Assembly: GCA_964057225.1 (NCBI GenBank)
Contig: OZ059900.1
Span: 15,562,001-15,626,000 of the forward strand
Source of the DNA: Auanema rhodensis
Taxonomy: Eukaryota; Animalia; Nematoda
Direction: 5' to 3'
DNA length: 64,000 nt
Position 1 is the first letter of the stretch. Every line of letters starts with the position of its first letter. Positions 1 through 15,000 of the stretch are shown piece after piece. The notes under the pieces were generated by a model that ran no database searches, was not told where the DNA came from, and saw only the letters and a program-made list of their open reading frames with translations. The position numbers and the translations under genes are program-made.

Positions 1-3000
1 CCATAAGGGGCGTGCCCTCAGAATATGCTAATTTCCTTAATTTTCTAACCCCTGTTTTTTTGTCGTGAAAGTGGAACTAGACGTTGTACGAACAATTTTG
101 AGCTAGGTTTCATTGACATTGCATGAGTTTGAACACATGAAATCGTAAGTCAAAACCTTGTTTACAGCGAAATTTCCAAAAACTGGTTTTCCAGCATAAT
201 AAAATATTTCTCATGGGAAATACTGTGTTTTTGTATTTTTCTAGTGTTCAGCATGTAAAATGCTTCATTTTAGTATGTAACACGCTGAAATTCGTTGCAT
301 TTGACGACTCATATGAACAAAAATCGATTTAATCAATATTAGCCATAAGGGGCGTGCCCTCAGAATATGCTAATTTCCTTAATTTTCTAACCCCTGTTTT
401 TTTGTCGTGAAAGTGGAATTAGACGTTGTAGGAACAGTTTTGAGCTAGGTTTCATTGACATTGCATGAGTTTGAACACGTGAAATCGTAAGTCAAAACCT
501 TGTTTACAGCGAAATTTCCAAAAACTGGTTTTCCAGCATAATAAAATATTTCTCATGGGAAATACTGTGTTTTTGTATTTTTCTAGTGTTCAGCATGTAA
601 AATGCTTCATTTTAGTATGTAACACGCTGAAATTCGTTGCATTTGACGACTCATATGAACAAAAATCGATTTAATCAATATTAGCCATAAGGGGCGTGCC
701 CTCAGAATATGCTAATTTCCTTAATTTTCTAACCCCTGTTTTTTTGTCGTGAAAGTGGAACTAGACGTTGTAGGAACAATTTTGAGCTAGGTTTCACTTA
801 CATTGCATGAGTTTGAACACATGAAATCGTAAGTCAAAACCTTGTTTACAGCGAAATTTCCAAAAACTGGTTTTCCAGCATAATAAAATATTTCTCATGG
901 GAAATACTGTGTTTTTGTATTTTTCTAGTGTTCAGCATGTAAAATGCTTCATTTTAGTATGTAACACGCTGAAATTCGTTGCATTTGACGACTCATATGA
1001 ACAAAAATCGATTTAATCAATATTAGCCATAAGGGGCGTGCCCTCAGAATATGCTAATTTCCTTAATTTTCTAACCCCTGTTTTTTTGTCGTGAAAGTGG
1101 AATTAGACGTTGTAGGAACAATTTTGAGCTAGGTTTCATTGACATTGCATGAGTTTGAACACATGAAATCGTAAGTCAAAACCTTGTTTACAGCGAAATT
1201 TCCAAAAACTGGTTTTCCAGCATAATAAAATATTTCTCATGGGAAATACTGTGTTTTTGTATTTTTCTAGTGTTCAGCATGTAAAATGCTTCATTTTAGT
1301 TTGTAACACGCTGAAATTCGTTGCATTTGACGACTCATATGAACAAAAATCGATTTAATCAATATTAGCCATAAGGGGCGTGCCCTCAGAATATGCTAAT
1401 TTCCTTAATTTTCTAACCCCTGTTTTTTTGTCCTGAAAGTGGAACTAGACGTTGTAGGAACAATTTTGAGCTAGGTTTCATTTACATTGCATGAGTTTGA
1501 ACACATGAAATCGTAAGTCAAAACCTTGTTTACAGCGAAATTTCCAAAAACTGGTTTTCCAGCATAATAAAATATTTCTCATGGGAAATACTGTGTTTTT
1601 GTATTTTTCTAGTGTTCAGCATGTAAAATGCTTCATTTTAGTATGTAACACGCTGAAATTCGTTGCATTTGACGACTCATATGAACAAAAATCGATTTAA
1701 TCAATATTAGCCATAAAGGGCGTGCCCTCAGAATATGCTAATTTCCTTAATTTTCTAACCCCTGTTTTTTTGTCGTGAAAGTGGAACTAGACGTTGTAGG
1801 AACAATTTTGAGCTAGGTTTCATTGACATTGCATGAGTTTGAACACATGAAATCGTAAGTCAAAACCTTGTTTACAGCGAAATTTCCAAAAACTGGTTTT
1901 CCAGCATAATAAAATATTTCTCATGGGAAATACTGTGTTTTTGTATTTTTCTAGTGTTCAGCATGTAAAATGCTTCATTTTAGTATGTAACACGCTGAAA
2001 TTCGTTGCATTTGACGACTCATATGAACAAAAATCGATTTAATCAATATTAGCCATAAGGGGCGTGCCCTCAGAATATGCTAATTTCCTTAATTTTCTAA
2101 CCCCTGTTTTTTTGTCGTGAAAGTGGAACTAGACGTTGTACGAACAATTTTGAGCTAGGTTTCATTGACATTGCATGAGTTTGAACACATGAAATCGTAA
2201 GTCAAAACCTTGTTTACAGCGAAATTTCCAAAAACTGGTTTTCCAGCATAATAAAATATTTCTCATGGGAAATACTGTGTTTTTGTATTTTTCTAGTGTT
2301 CAGCATGTAAAATGCTTCATTTTAGTATGTAACACGCTGAAATTCGTTGCTTTTGACGACTCATATGAACAAAAATCGATTTAATCAATATTAGCCATAA
2401 GGGGCGTGCCCTCAGAATATGCTAATTTCCTTAATTTTCTAACCCCTGTTTTTTTGTCGTGAAAGTGGAATTAGACGTTGTAGGAACAGTTTTGAGCTAG
2501 GTTTCATTGACATTGCATGAGTTTGAACACAAGAAATCGTAAGTCAAAACCTTTTTTACAGCGAAATTTCCAAAAACTGGTTTTCCAGCATAATAAAATA
2601 TTTCTCATGGGAAATACTGTGTTTTTGTATTTTTCTAGTGTTCAGCATGTAAAATGCTTCATTTTAGTTTGTAACACGCTGAAATTCGTTGCATTTGACG
2701 ACTCATATGAACAAAAATCGATTTAATCAATATTAGCCATAAGGGGCGTGCCCTCAGAATATGCTAATTTCCTTAATTTTCTAACCCCTGTTTTTTTGTC
2801 GTGAAAGTGGAACTAGACGTTGTAGGAACAATTTTGAGCTAGGTTTCACTTACATTGCATGAGTTTGAACACATGAAATCGTAAGTCAAAACCTTGTTTA
2901 CAGCGAAATTTCCAAAAACTGGTTTTCCAGCATAATAAAATATTTCTCATGGGAAATACTGTGTTTTTGTATTTTTCTAGTGTTCAGCATGTAAAATGCT

Positions 3001-6000
3001 TCATTTTAGTATGTAACACGCTGAAATTCGTTGCATTTGACGACTCATATGAACAAAAATCGATTTAATCAATATTAGCCATAAGGGGCGTGCCCTCAGA
3101 ATATGCTAATTTCCTTAATTTTCTAACCCCTGTTTTTTTGTCGTGAAAGTGGAATAAGACGTTGTAGGAACAATTTTGAGCTAGGTTTCATTGACATTGC
3201 ATGAGTTTGAACACATGAAATCGTAAGTCAAAACCTTGTTTACAGCGAAATTTCCAAAAACTGGTTTTCCAGCATAATAAAATATTTCTCATGGGAAATA
3301 CTGTGTTTTTGTATTTTTCTAGTGTTCAGCATGTAAAATGCTTCATTTTAGTATGTAACACGCTGAAATTCGTTGCATTTGACGACTCATATGAACAAAA
3401 ATCGATTTAATCAATATTAGCCATAAGGGGCGTGCCCTCAGAATATGCTAATTTCCTTAATTTTCTAACCCCTGTTTTTTTGTCGTGAAAGTGGAACTAG
3501 ACGTTGTACGAACAATTTTGAGCTAGGTTTCATTGACATTGCATGAGTTTGAACACATGAAATCGTAAGTCAAAACCTTGTTTACAGCGAAATTTCCAAA
3601 AACTGGTTTTCCAGCATAATAAAATATTTCTCATGGGAAATACTGTGTTTTTGTATTTTTCTAGTGTTCAGCATGTAAAATGCTTCATTTTAGTATGTAA
3701 CACGCTGAAATTCGTTGCATTTGACGACTCATATGAACAAAAATCGATTTAATCAATATTAGCCATAAGGGGCGTGCCCTCAGAATATGCTAATTTCCTT
3801 AATTTTCTAACCCCTGTTTTTTTGTCGTGAAAGTGGAATTAGACGTTGTAGGAACAGTTTTGAGCTAGGTTTCATTGACATTGCATGAGTTTGAACACGT
3901 GAAATCGTAAGTCAAAACCTTGTTTACAGCGAAATTTCCAAAAACTGGTTTTCCAGCATAATAAAATATTTCTCATGGGAAATACTGTGTTTTTGTATTT
4001 TTCTAGTGTTCAGCATGTAAAATGCTTCATTTTAGTATGTAACACGCTGAAATTCGTTGCATTTGACGACTCATATGAACAAAAATCGATTTAATCAATA
4101 TTAGCCATAAGGGGCGTGCCCTCAGAATATGCTAATTTCCTTAATTTTCTAACCCCTGTTTTTTTGTCGTGAAAGTGGAACTAGACGTTTTACGAACAAT
4201 TTTGAGCTAGGTTTCATTGACATTGCATGAGTTTGAACACATGAAATCGTAAGTCAAAACCTTGTTTACAGCGAAATTTCCAAAAACTGGTTTTCCAGCA
4301 TAATAAAATATTTCTCATGGGAAATACTGTGTTTTTGTATTTTTCTAGTGTTCAGCATGTAAAATGCTTCATTTTAGTATGTAACACGCTGAAATTCGTT
4401 GCATTTGACGACTCATATGAACAAAAATCGATTTAATCAATATTAGCCATAAGGGGCGTGCCCTCTGAATATGCTAATTTCCTTAATTTTCTAACCCCTG
4501 TTTTTTTGTAGTGAAAGTGGAACTAGACGTTGTACGAACAATTTTGAGCTAGGTTTCATTGACATTGCATGAGTTTGAACACATGAAATCGTAAGTCAAA
4601 ACCTTGTTTACAGCGAAATTTCCAAAAACTGGTTTTCCAGCATAATAAAATATTTCTCATGGGAAATACTGTGTTTTTGTATTTTTCTAGTGTTCAGCAT
4701 GTAAAATGCTTCATTTTAGTATGTAACACGCTGAAATTCGTTGCATTTGACGACTCATATGAACAAAAATCGATTTAATCAATATTAGCCATAAGGGGCG
4801 TGCCCTCAGAATATGCTAATTTCCTTAATTTTCTAACCCCTGTTTTTTTGTCGTGAAAGTGGAACTAGACGTTGTACGAACAATTTTGAGCTAGGTTTCA
4901 TTGACATTGCATGAGTTTGAACACATGAAATCGTAAGTCAAAACCTTGTTTACAGCGAAATTTCCAAAAACTGGTTTTCCAGCATAATAGAATATTTCTC
5001 ATGGGAAATACTGTGTTTTTGTATTTTTCTAGTGTTCAGCATGTAAAATGCTTCATTTTAGTATGTAACACGCTGAAATTCGTTGCATTTGACGATTCAT
5101 ATGAACAAAAATCGATTTAATCAATATTAGCCATAAGGGGCGTGCCCTCAGAATATGCTAATTTCCTTAATTTTCTAACCCCTGTTTTTTTGTCGTGAAA
5201 GTGGAACTAGACGTTGTACGAACAATTTTGAGCTAGGTTTCATTGACATTGCATGAGTTTGAACACATGAAATCGTAAGTCAAAACCTTGTTTACAGCGA
5301 AATTTCCAAAAACTGGTTTTCCAGCATAATAAAATATTTCTCATGGGAAATACTGTGTTTTTGTATTTTTCTAGTGTTCAGCATGTGAAATGCTTCATTT
5401 TAGTATGTAACACGCTGAAATTCGTTGCATTTGACGACTCATATGAACAAAAATCGATTTAATCAATATTAGCCATAAGGGGCGTGCCCTCAGAATATGC
5501 TAATTTCCTTAATTTTCTAACCCCTGTTTTTTTGTCGTGAAAGTGGAACTAGACATTGTATTAACAATTTTGAGCTAGGTTTCATTGACATTGCATGAGT
5601 TTGAACACATGAAATCGTAAGTCAAAACCTTGTTTACAGCGAAATTTCCAAAAACTGGTTTTCCAGCATAATAAAATATTTCTCATGGGAAATACTGTGT
5701 TTTTGTATTTTTCTAGTGTTCAGCATGTAAAATGCTTCATTTTAGTATGTAACACGCTGAAATTCGTTGCATTTGACGACTCATATGAACAAAAATCGAT
5801 TTAATCAATATTAGCCATAAGGGGCGTGCCCTCAGAATATGCTAATTTCCTTAATTTTCTAACCCCTGTTTTTTAGTCGTGAAAGTGGAACTAGACGTTG
5901 TACGAACAATTTTGAGCTAGGTTTCATTGACATTGCATGAGTTTGAACACATGAAATCGTAAGTCAAAACCTTGTTTACAGCGAAATTTCCAAAAACTGG

Positions 6001-9000
6001 TTTTCCAGCATAATAAAATATTTCTCATGGGAAATACTGTGTTTTTGTATTTTTCTAGTGTTCAGCATGTAAAATGCTTCATTTTAGTATGTAACACGCT
6101 GAAATTCGTTGCATTTGACGACTCATATGAACAAAAATCGATTTAATCAATATTAGCCATAAAGGGCGTGCCCTCAGAATATGCTAATTTCCTTAATTTT
6201 CTAACCCCTGTTTTTTTGTCGTGAAAGTGGAACTAGACATTGTATTAACAATTTTGAGCTAGGTTTCATTGACATTGCATGACTTTGAACACATGAAATC
6301 GTAAGTCAAAACCTTGTTTACAGCGAAATTTCCAAAAACTGGTTTTCCAGCATAATAAAATATTTCTCATGGGTATTACTGTGTTTTTGTATTTTTCTAG
6401 TGTTCAGCATGTAAAATGCTTCATTTTAGTATGTAACACGCTGAAATTCGTTGCATTTGACGACTCATATGAACAAAAATCGATTTAATCAATATTAGCC
6501 ATAAGGGGCGTGCCCTCAGAATATGCTAATTTCCTTAATTTTCTAACCCCTGTTTTTTTGTCGTGAAAGTGGAACTAGACGTTGTACGAACAATTTTGAG
6601 CTAGGTTTCATTGACATTGCATGAGTTTGAACACATGAAATCGTAAGTCAAAACCTTGTTTACAGCGAAATTTCCAAAAACTGGTTTTCCAGCATAATAA
6701 AATATTTCTCATGGGAAATACTGTGTTTTTGTATTTTTCTAGTGTTCAGCATGTAAAATGCTTCATTTTAGTATGTAACACGCTGAAATTCGTTGCATTT
6801 GACGACTCATATGAACAAAAATCGATTTAATCAATATTAGCCATAAAGGGCGTGCCCTCAGAATATGCTAATTTCCTTAATTTTCTAACCCCTGTTTTTT
6901 TGTCGTGAAAGTGGAACTAGACGTTGTAGGAACAATTTTGAGCTAGGTTTCATTGACATTGCATGAGTTTGAACACATGAAATCGTAAGTCAAAACCTTG
7001 TTTACAGCGAAATTTTCAAAAACTGGTTTTCCAGCATAATAAAATATTTCTCATGGGAAATACTGTGTTTTTGTATTTTTCTAGTGTTCAGCATGTAAAA
7101 TGCTTCATTTTAGTATGTAACACGCTGAAATTCGTTGCATTTGACGACTCATATGAACAAAAATCGATTTAATCAATATTAGCCATAAGGGGCGTGCCCT
7201 CAGAATATGCTAATTTCCTTAATTTTCTAACCCCTGTTTTTTTGTCGTGAAAGTGGAACTAGACGTTGTACGAACAATTTTGAGCTAGGTTTCATTGACA
7301 TTGCATGAGTTTGAACACATGAAATCGTAAGTCAAAACCTTGTTTACAGCGAAATTTCCAAAAACTGGTTTTCCAGCATAATAAAATATTTCTCATGGGA
7401 AATACTGTGTTTTTGTATTTTTCTAGTGTTCAGCATGTAAAATGCTTCATTTTAGTATGTAACACGCTGAAATTCGTTGCATTTGACGACTCATATGAAC
7501 AAAAATCGATTTAATCAATATTAGCCATAAGGGGCGTGCCCTCAGAATATGCTAATTTCCTTAATTTTCTAACCCCTGTTTTTTAGTCGTGAAAGTGGAA
7601 CTAGACGTTGTACGAACAATTTTGAGCTAGGTTTCATTGACATTGCATGAGTTTGAACACATGAAATCGTAAGTCAAAACCTTGTTTACAGCGAAATTTC
7701 CAAAAACTGGTTTTCCAGCATAATAAAATATTTCTCATGGGAAATACTGTGTTTTTGTATTTTTCTAGTGTTCAGCATGTAAAATGCTTCATTTTAGTAT
7801 GTAACACGCTGAAATTCGTTGCATTTGACGACTCATATGAACAAAAATCGATTTAATCAATATTAGCCATAAAGGGCGTGCCCTCAGAATATGCTAATTT
7901 CCTTAATTTTCTAACCCCTGTTTTTTTGTCGTGAAAGTGGAACTAGACATTGTATTAACAATTTTGAGCTAGGTTTCATTGACATTGCATGAGTTTGAAC
8001 ACATGAAATCGTAAGTCAAAACCTTGTTTACAGCGAAATTTCCAAAAACTGGTTTTCCAGCATAATAAAATATTTCTCATGGGTATTACTGTGTTTTTGT
8101 ATTTTTCTAGTGTTCAGCATGTAAAATGCTTCATTTTAGTATGTAACACGCTGAAATTCGTTGCATTTGACGACTCATATGAACAAAAATCGATTTAATC
8201 AATATTAGCCATAAGGGGCGTGCCCTCAGAATATGCTAATTTCCTTAATTTTCTAACCCCTGTTTTTTTGTCGTGAAAGTGGAACTAGACGTTGTACGAA
8301 CAATTTTGAGCTAGGTTTCATTGACATTGCATGAGTTTGAACACATGAAATCGTAAGTCAAAACCTTGTTTACAGCGAAATTTCCAAAAACTGGTTTTCC
8401 AGCATAATAAAATATTTCTCATGGGAAATACTGTGTTTTTGTATTTTTCTAGTGTTCAGCATGTAAAATGCTTCATTTTAGTATGTAACACGCTGAAATT
8501 CGTTGCATTTGACGACTCATATGAACAAAAATCGATTTAATCAATATTAGCCATAAGGGGCGTGCCCTCAGAATATGCTAATTTCCTTAATTTTCTAACC
8601 CCTGTTTTTTTGTCGTGAAAGTGGAACTAGACATTGTATCAACAATTTTGAGCTAGGTTTCATTGACATTGCATGAGTTTGAACACATGAAATCGTAAGT
8701 CAAAACCTTGTTTACAGCGAAATTTCCAAAAACTGGTTTTCCAGCATAATAAAATATTTCTCATGGGAAATACTGTGTTTTTGTATTTTTCTAGTGTTCA
8801 GCATGTAAAATGCTTCATTTTAGTGTGTAACACGCTGAAATTCGTTGCATTTGACGACTCATATGAACAAAAATCGATTTAATCAATATTAGCCATAAGG
8901 GGCGTGCCCTCAGAATATGCTAATTTCCTTAATTTTCTAACCCCTGTTTTTTAGTCGTGAAAGTGGAACTAGACGTTGTACGAACAATTTTGAGCTAGGT

Positions 9001-12000
9001 TTCATTGACATTGCATGAGTTTGAACACATGAAATCGTAAGTCAAAACCTTGTTTACAGCGAAATTTCCAAAAACTGGTTTTCCAGCATAATAAAATATT
9101 TCTCATGGGAAATACTGTGTTTTTGTATTTTTCTAGTGTTCAGCATGTAAAATGCTTCATTTTAGTATGTAACACGCTGAAATTCGTTGCATTTGACGAC
9201 TCATATGAACAAAAATCGATTTAATCAATATTAGCCATAAAGGGCGTGCCCTCAGAATATGCTAATTTCCTTAATTTTCTAACCCCTGTTTTTTTGTCGT
9301 GAAAGTGGAACTAGACATTGTATTAACAATTTTGAGCTAGGTTTCATTGACATTGCATGACTTTGAACACATGAAATCGTAAGTCAAAACCTTGTTTACA
9401 GCGAAATTTCCAAAAACTGGTTTTCCAGCATAATAAAATATTTCTCATGGGTATTACTGTGTTTTTGTATTTTTCTAGTGTTCAGCATGTAAAATGCTTC
9501 ATTTTAGTATGTAACACGCTGAAATTCGTTGCATTTGACGACTCATATGAACAAAAATCGATTTAATCAATATTAGCCATAAGGGGCGTGCCCTCAGAAT
9601 ATGCTAATTTCCTTAATTTTCTAACCCCTGTTTTTTTGTCGTGAAAGTGGAACTAGACGTTGTACGAACAATTTTGAGCTAGGTTTCATTGACATTGCAT
9701 GAGTTTGAACACATGAAATCGTAAGTCAAAACCTTGTTTACAGCGAAATTTCCAAAAACTGGTTTTCCAGCATAATAAAATATTTCTCATGGGAAATACT
9801 GTGTTTTTGTATTTTTCTAGTGTTCAGCATGTAAAATGCTTCATTTTAGTATGTAACACGCTGAAATTCGTTGCATTTGACGACTCATATGAACAAAAAT
9901 CGATTTAATCAATATTAGCCATAAAGGGCGTGCCCTCAGAATATGCTAATTTCCTTAATTTTCTAACCCCTGTTTTTTTGTCGTGAAAGTGGAACTAGAC
10001 ATTGTATTAACAATTTTGAGCTAGGTTTCATTGACATTGCATGACTTTGAACACATGAAATCGTAAGTCAAAACCTTGTTTACAGCGAAATTTCCAAAAA
10101 CTGGTTTTCCAGCATAATAAAATATTTCTCATGGGAAATACTGTGTTTTTGTATTTTTCTAGTGTTCAGCATGTAAAATGCTTCATTTTAGTATGTAACA
10201 CGCTGAAATTCGTTGCATTTGACGACTCATATGAACAAAAATCGATTTAATCAATATTAGCCATAAGGGGCGTGCCCTCAGAATATGCTAATTTCCTTAA
10301 TTTTCTAACCCCTGTTTTTTTGTCGTGAAAGTGGAACTAGACGTTGTACGAACAATTTTGAGCTAGGTTTCATTGACATTGCATGAGTTTGAACACATGA
10401 AATCGTAAGTCAAAACCTTGTTTACAGCGAAATTTCCAAAAACTGGTTTTCCAGCATAATAAAATATTTCTCATGGGAAATACTGTGTTTTTGTATTTTT
10501 CTAGTGTTCAGCATGTAAAATGCTTCATTTTAGTATGTAACACGCTGAAATTCGTTGCATTTGACGACTCATATGAACAAAAATCGATTTAATCAATATT
10601 AGCCATAAGGGGCGTGCCCTCAGAATATGCTAATTTCCTTAATTTTCTAACCCCTGTTTTTTAGTCGTGAAAGTGGAACTAGACGTTGTACGAACAATTT
10701 TGAGCTAGGTTTCATTGACATTGCATGAGTTTGAACACATGAAATCGTAAGTCAAAACCTTGTTTACAGCGAAATTTCCAAAAACTGGTTTTCCAGCATA
10801 ATAAAATATTTCTCATGGGAAATACTGTGTTTTTGTATTTTTCTAGTGTTCAGCATGTAAAATGCTTCATTTTAGTATGTAACACGCTGAAATTCGTTGC
10901 ATTTGACGACTCATATGAACAAAAATCGATTTAATCAATATTAGCCATAAAGGGCGTGCCCTCAGAATATGCTAATTTCCTTAATTTTCTAACCCCTGTT
11001 TTTTTGTCGTGAAAGTGGAACTAGACATTGTATTAACAATTTTGAGCTAGGTTTCATTGACATTGCATGAGTTTGAACACATGAAATCGTAAGTCAAAAC
11101 CTTGTTTACAGCGAAATTTCCAAAAACTGGTTTTCCAGCATAATAAAATATTTCTCATGGGAAATACTGTGTTTTTGTATTTTTCTAGTGTTCAGCATGT
11201 AAAATGCTTCATTTTAGTATGTAACACGCTGAAATTCGTTGCATTTGACGACTCATATGAACAAAAATCGATTTAATCAATATTAGCCATAAAGGGCGTG
11301 CCCTCAGAATATGCTAATTTCCTTAATTTTCTAACCCCTGTTTTTTTGTCGTGAAAGTGGAACTAGACATTGTATTAACAATTTTGAGCTAGGTTTCATT
11401 GACATTGCATGACTTTGAACACATGAAATCGTAAGTCAAAACCTTGTTTACAGCGAAATTTCCAAAAACTGGTTTTCCAGCATAATAAAATATTTCTCAT
11501 GGGAAATACTGTGTTTTTGTATTTTTCTAGTGTTCAGCATGTAAAATGCTTCATTTTAGTATGTAACACGCTGAAATTCGTTGCATTTGACGACTCATAT
11601 GAACAAAAATCGATTTAATCAATATTAGCCATAAGGGGCGTGCCCTCAGAATATGCTAATTTCCTTAATTTTCTAACCCCTGTTTTTTTGTCGTGAAAGT
11701 GGAACTAGACGTTGTACGAACAATTTTGAGCTAGGTTTCATTGACATTGCATGAGTTTGAACACATGAAATCGTAAGTCAAAACCTTGTTTACAGCGAAA
11801 TTTCCAAAAACTGGTTTTCCAGCATAATAAAATATTTCTCATGGGAAATACTGTGTTTTTGTATTTTTCTAGTGTTCAGCATGTAAAATGCTTCATTTTA
11901 GTATGTAACACGCTGAAATTCGTTGCATTTGACGACTCATATGAACAAAAATCGATTTAATCAATATTAGCCATAAGGGGCGTGCCCTCAGAATATGCTA

Positions 12001-15000
12001 ATTTCCTTAATTTTCTAACCCCTGTTTTTTAGTCGTGAAAGTGGAACTAGACGTTGTACGAACAATTTTGAGCTAGGTTTCATTGACATTGCATGAGTTT
12101 GAACACATGAAATCGTAAGTCAAAACCTTGTTTACAGCGAAATTTCCAAAAACTGGTTTTCCAGCATAATAAAATATTTTTCATGGGAAATACTGTGTTT
12201 TTGTATTTTTCTAGTGTTCAGCATGTAAAATGCTTCATTTTAGTATGTAACACGCTGAAATTCGTTGCATTTGACGACTCATATGAACAAAAATCGATTT
12301 AATCAATATTAGCCATAAAGGGCGTGCCCTCAGAATATGCTAATTTCCTTAATTTTCTAACCCCTGTTTTTTTGTCGTGAAAGTGGAACTAGACATTGTA
12401 TTAACAATTTTGAGCTAGGTTTCATTGACATTGCATGAGTTTGAACACATGAAATCGTAAGTCAAAACCTTGTTTACAGCGAAATTTCCAAAAACTGGTT
12501 TTCCAGCATAATAAAATATTTCTCATGGGTATTACTGTGTTTTTGTATTTTTCTAGTGTTCAGCATGTAAAATGCTTCATTTTAGTATGTAACACGCTGA
12601 AATTCGTTGCATTTGACGACTCATATGAACAAAAATCGATTTAATCAATATTAGCCATAAGGGGCGTGCCCTCAGAATATGCTAATTTCCTTAATTTTCT
12701 AACCCCTGTTTTTTTGTCGTGAAAGTGGAACTAGACGTTGTACGAACAATTTTGAGCTAGGTTTCATTGACATTGCATGAGTTTGAACACATGAAATCGT
12801 AAGTCAAAACCTTGTTTACAGCGAAATTTCCAAAAACTGGTTTTCCAGCATAATAAAATATTTCTCATGGGAAATACTGTGTTTTTGTATTTTTCTAGTG
12901 TTCAGCATGTAAAATGCTTCATTTTAGTATGTAACACGCTGAAATTCGTTGCATTTGACGACTCATATGAACAAAAATCGATTTAATCAATATTAGCCAT
13001 AAGGGGCGTGCCCTCAGAATATGCTAATTTCCTTAATTTTCTAACCCCTGTTTTTTTGTCGTGAAAGTGGAACCAGACGTTGTACGAACAATTTTGAGCT
13101 AGGTTTCATTGACATTGCATGAGTTTGAACACATGAAATCGTAAGTCAAAACCTTGTTTACAGCGAAATTTCCAAAAACTGGTTTTCCAGCATAATAAAA
13201 TATTTCTCATGGGAAATACTGTGTTTTTGTATTTTTCTAGTGTTCAGCATGTAAAATGCTTCATTTTAGTATGTAACACGCTGAAATTCGTTGCATTTGA
13301 CGACTCATATGAACAAAAATCGATTTAATCAATATTAGCCATAAAGGGCGTGCCCTCAGAATATGCTAATTTCCTTAATTTTCTAACCCCTGTTTTTTTG
13401 TCGTGAAAGTGGAACTAGACATTGTATTAACAATTTTGAGCTAGGTTTCATTGACATTGCATGAGTTTGAACACATGAAATCGTAAGTCAAAACCTTGTT
13501 TACAGCGAAATTTCCAAAAACTGGTTTTCCAGCATAATAAAATATTTCTCATGGGTATTACTGTGTTTTTGTATTTTTCTAGTGTTCAGCATGTAAAATG
13601 CTTCATTTTAGTATGTAACACGCTGAAATTCGTTGCATTTGACGACTCATATGAACAAAAATCGATTTAATCAATATTAGCCATAAGGGGCGTGCCCTCA
13701 GAATATGCTAATTTCCTTAATTTTCTAACCCCTGTTTTTTTGTCGCGAAAGTGGAACTAGACGTTGTACGAACAATTTTGAGCTAGGTTTCATTGACATT
13801 GCATGAGTTTGAACACATGAAATCGTAAGTCAAAACCTTGTTTACAGCGAAATTTCCAAAAACTGGTTTTCCAGCATAATAAAATATTTCTCATGGGAAA
13901 TACTGTGTTTTTGTATTTTTCTAGTGTTCAGCATGTAAAATGCTTCATTTTAGTATGTAACACGCTGAAATTCGTTGCATTTGACGACTCATATGAACAA
14001 AAATCGATTTAATCAATATTAGCCATAAAGGGCGTGCCCTCAGAATATGCTAATTTCCTTAATTTTCTAACCCCTGTTTTTTTGTCGTGAAAGTGGAACT
14101 AGACATTGTATTAACAATTTTGAGCTAGGTTTCATTGACATTGCATGACTTTGAACACATGAAATCGTAAGTCAAAACCTTGTTTACAGCGAAATTTCCA
14201 AAAACTGGTTTTCCAGCATAATAAAATATTTCTCATGGGTATTACTGTGTTTTTGTATTTTTCTAGTGTTCAGCATGTAAAATGCTACATTTTAGTATGT
14301 AACACGCTGAAATTCGTTGCATTTGACGACTCATATGAACAAAAATCGATTTAATCAATATTAGCCATAAGGGGCGTGCCCTCAGAATATGCTAATTTCC
14401 TTAATTTTCTAACCCCTGTTTTTTTGTCGTGAAAGTGGAACTAGACGTTGTACGAACAATTTTGAGCTAGGTTTCATTGACATTGCATGAGTTTGAACAC
14501 ATGAAATCGTAAGTCAAAACCTTGTTTACAGCGAAATTTCCAAAAACTGGTTTTCCAGCATAATAAAATATTTCTCATGGGAAATACTGTGTTTTTGTAT
14601 TTTTCTAGTGTTCAGCATGTAAAATGCTTCATTTTAGTATGTAACACGCTGAAATTCGTTGCATTTGACGACTCATATGAACAAAAATCGATTTAATCAA
14701 TATTAGCCATGAAGGGCGTGCCCTCAGAATATGCTAATTTCCTTAATTTTCTAACCCCTGTTTTTTTGTCGTGAAAGTGGAACTAGACGTTGTAGGAACA
14801 ATTTTGAGCTAGGTTTCATTGACATTGCATGAGTTTGAACACATGAAATCGTAAGTCAAAACCTTGTTTACAGCGAAATTTTCAAAAACTGGTTTTCCAG
14901 CATAATAAAATATTTCTCATGGGAAATACTGTGTTTTTGTATTTTTCTAGTGTTCAGCATGTAAAATGCTTCATTTTAGTATGTAACACGCTGAAATTCG

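Noticed and set aside
45-51. Telomere-like CTAACCC in each monomer
   Set aside because: A single non-tandem copy, and not the nematode TTAGGC type; expected by chance.
1-342. Primate alpha-satellite dimer (2x171 bp)
   Set aside because: Only the length coincides; no CENP-B box or recognisable alpha-satellite sequence.
2517-2726. 69-aa ORF in the satellite (also 54125-54334 and 58229-58438)
   Set aside because: Open only in the three monomers where a TGA became AGA; all other copies stop after five codons. No domain features. Useful only as a duplication marker.
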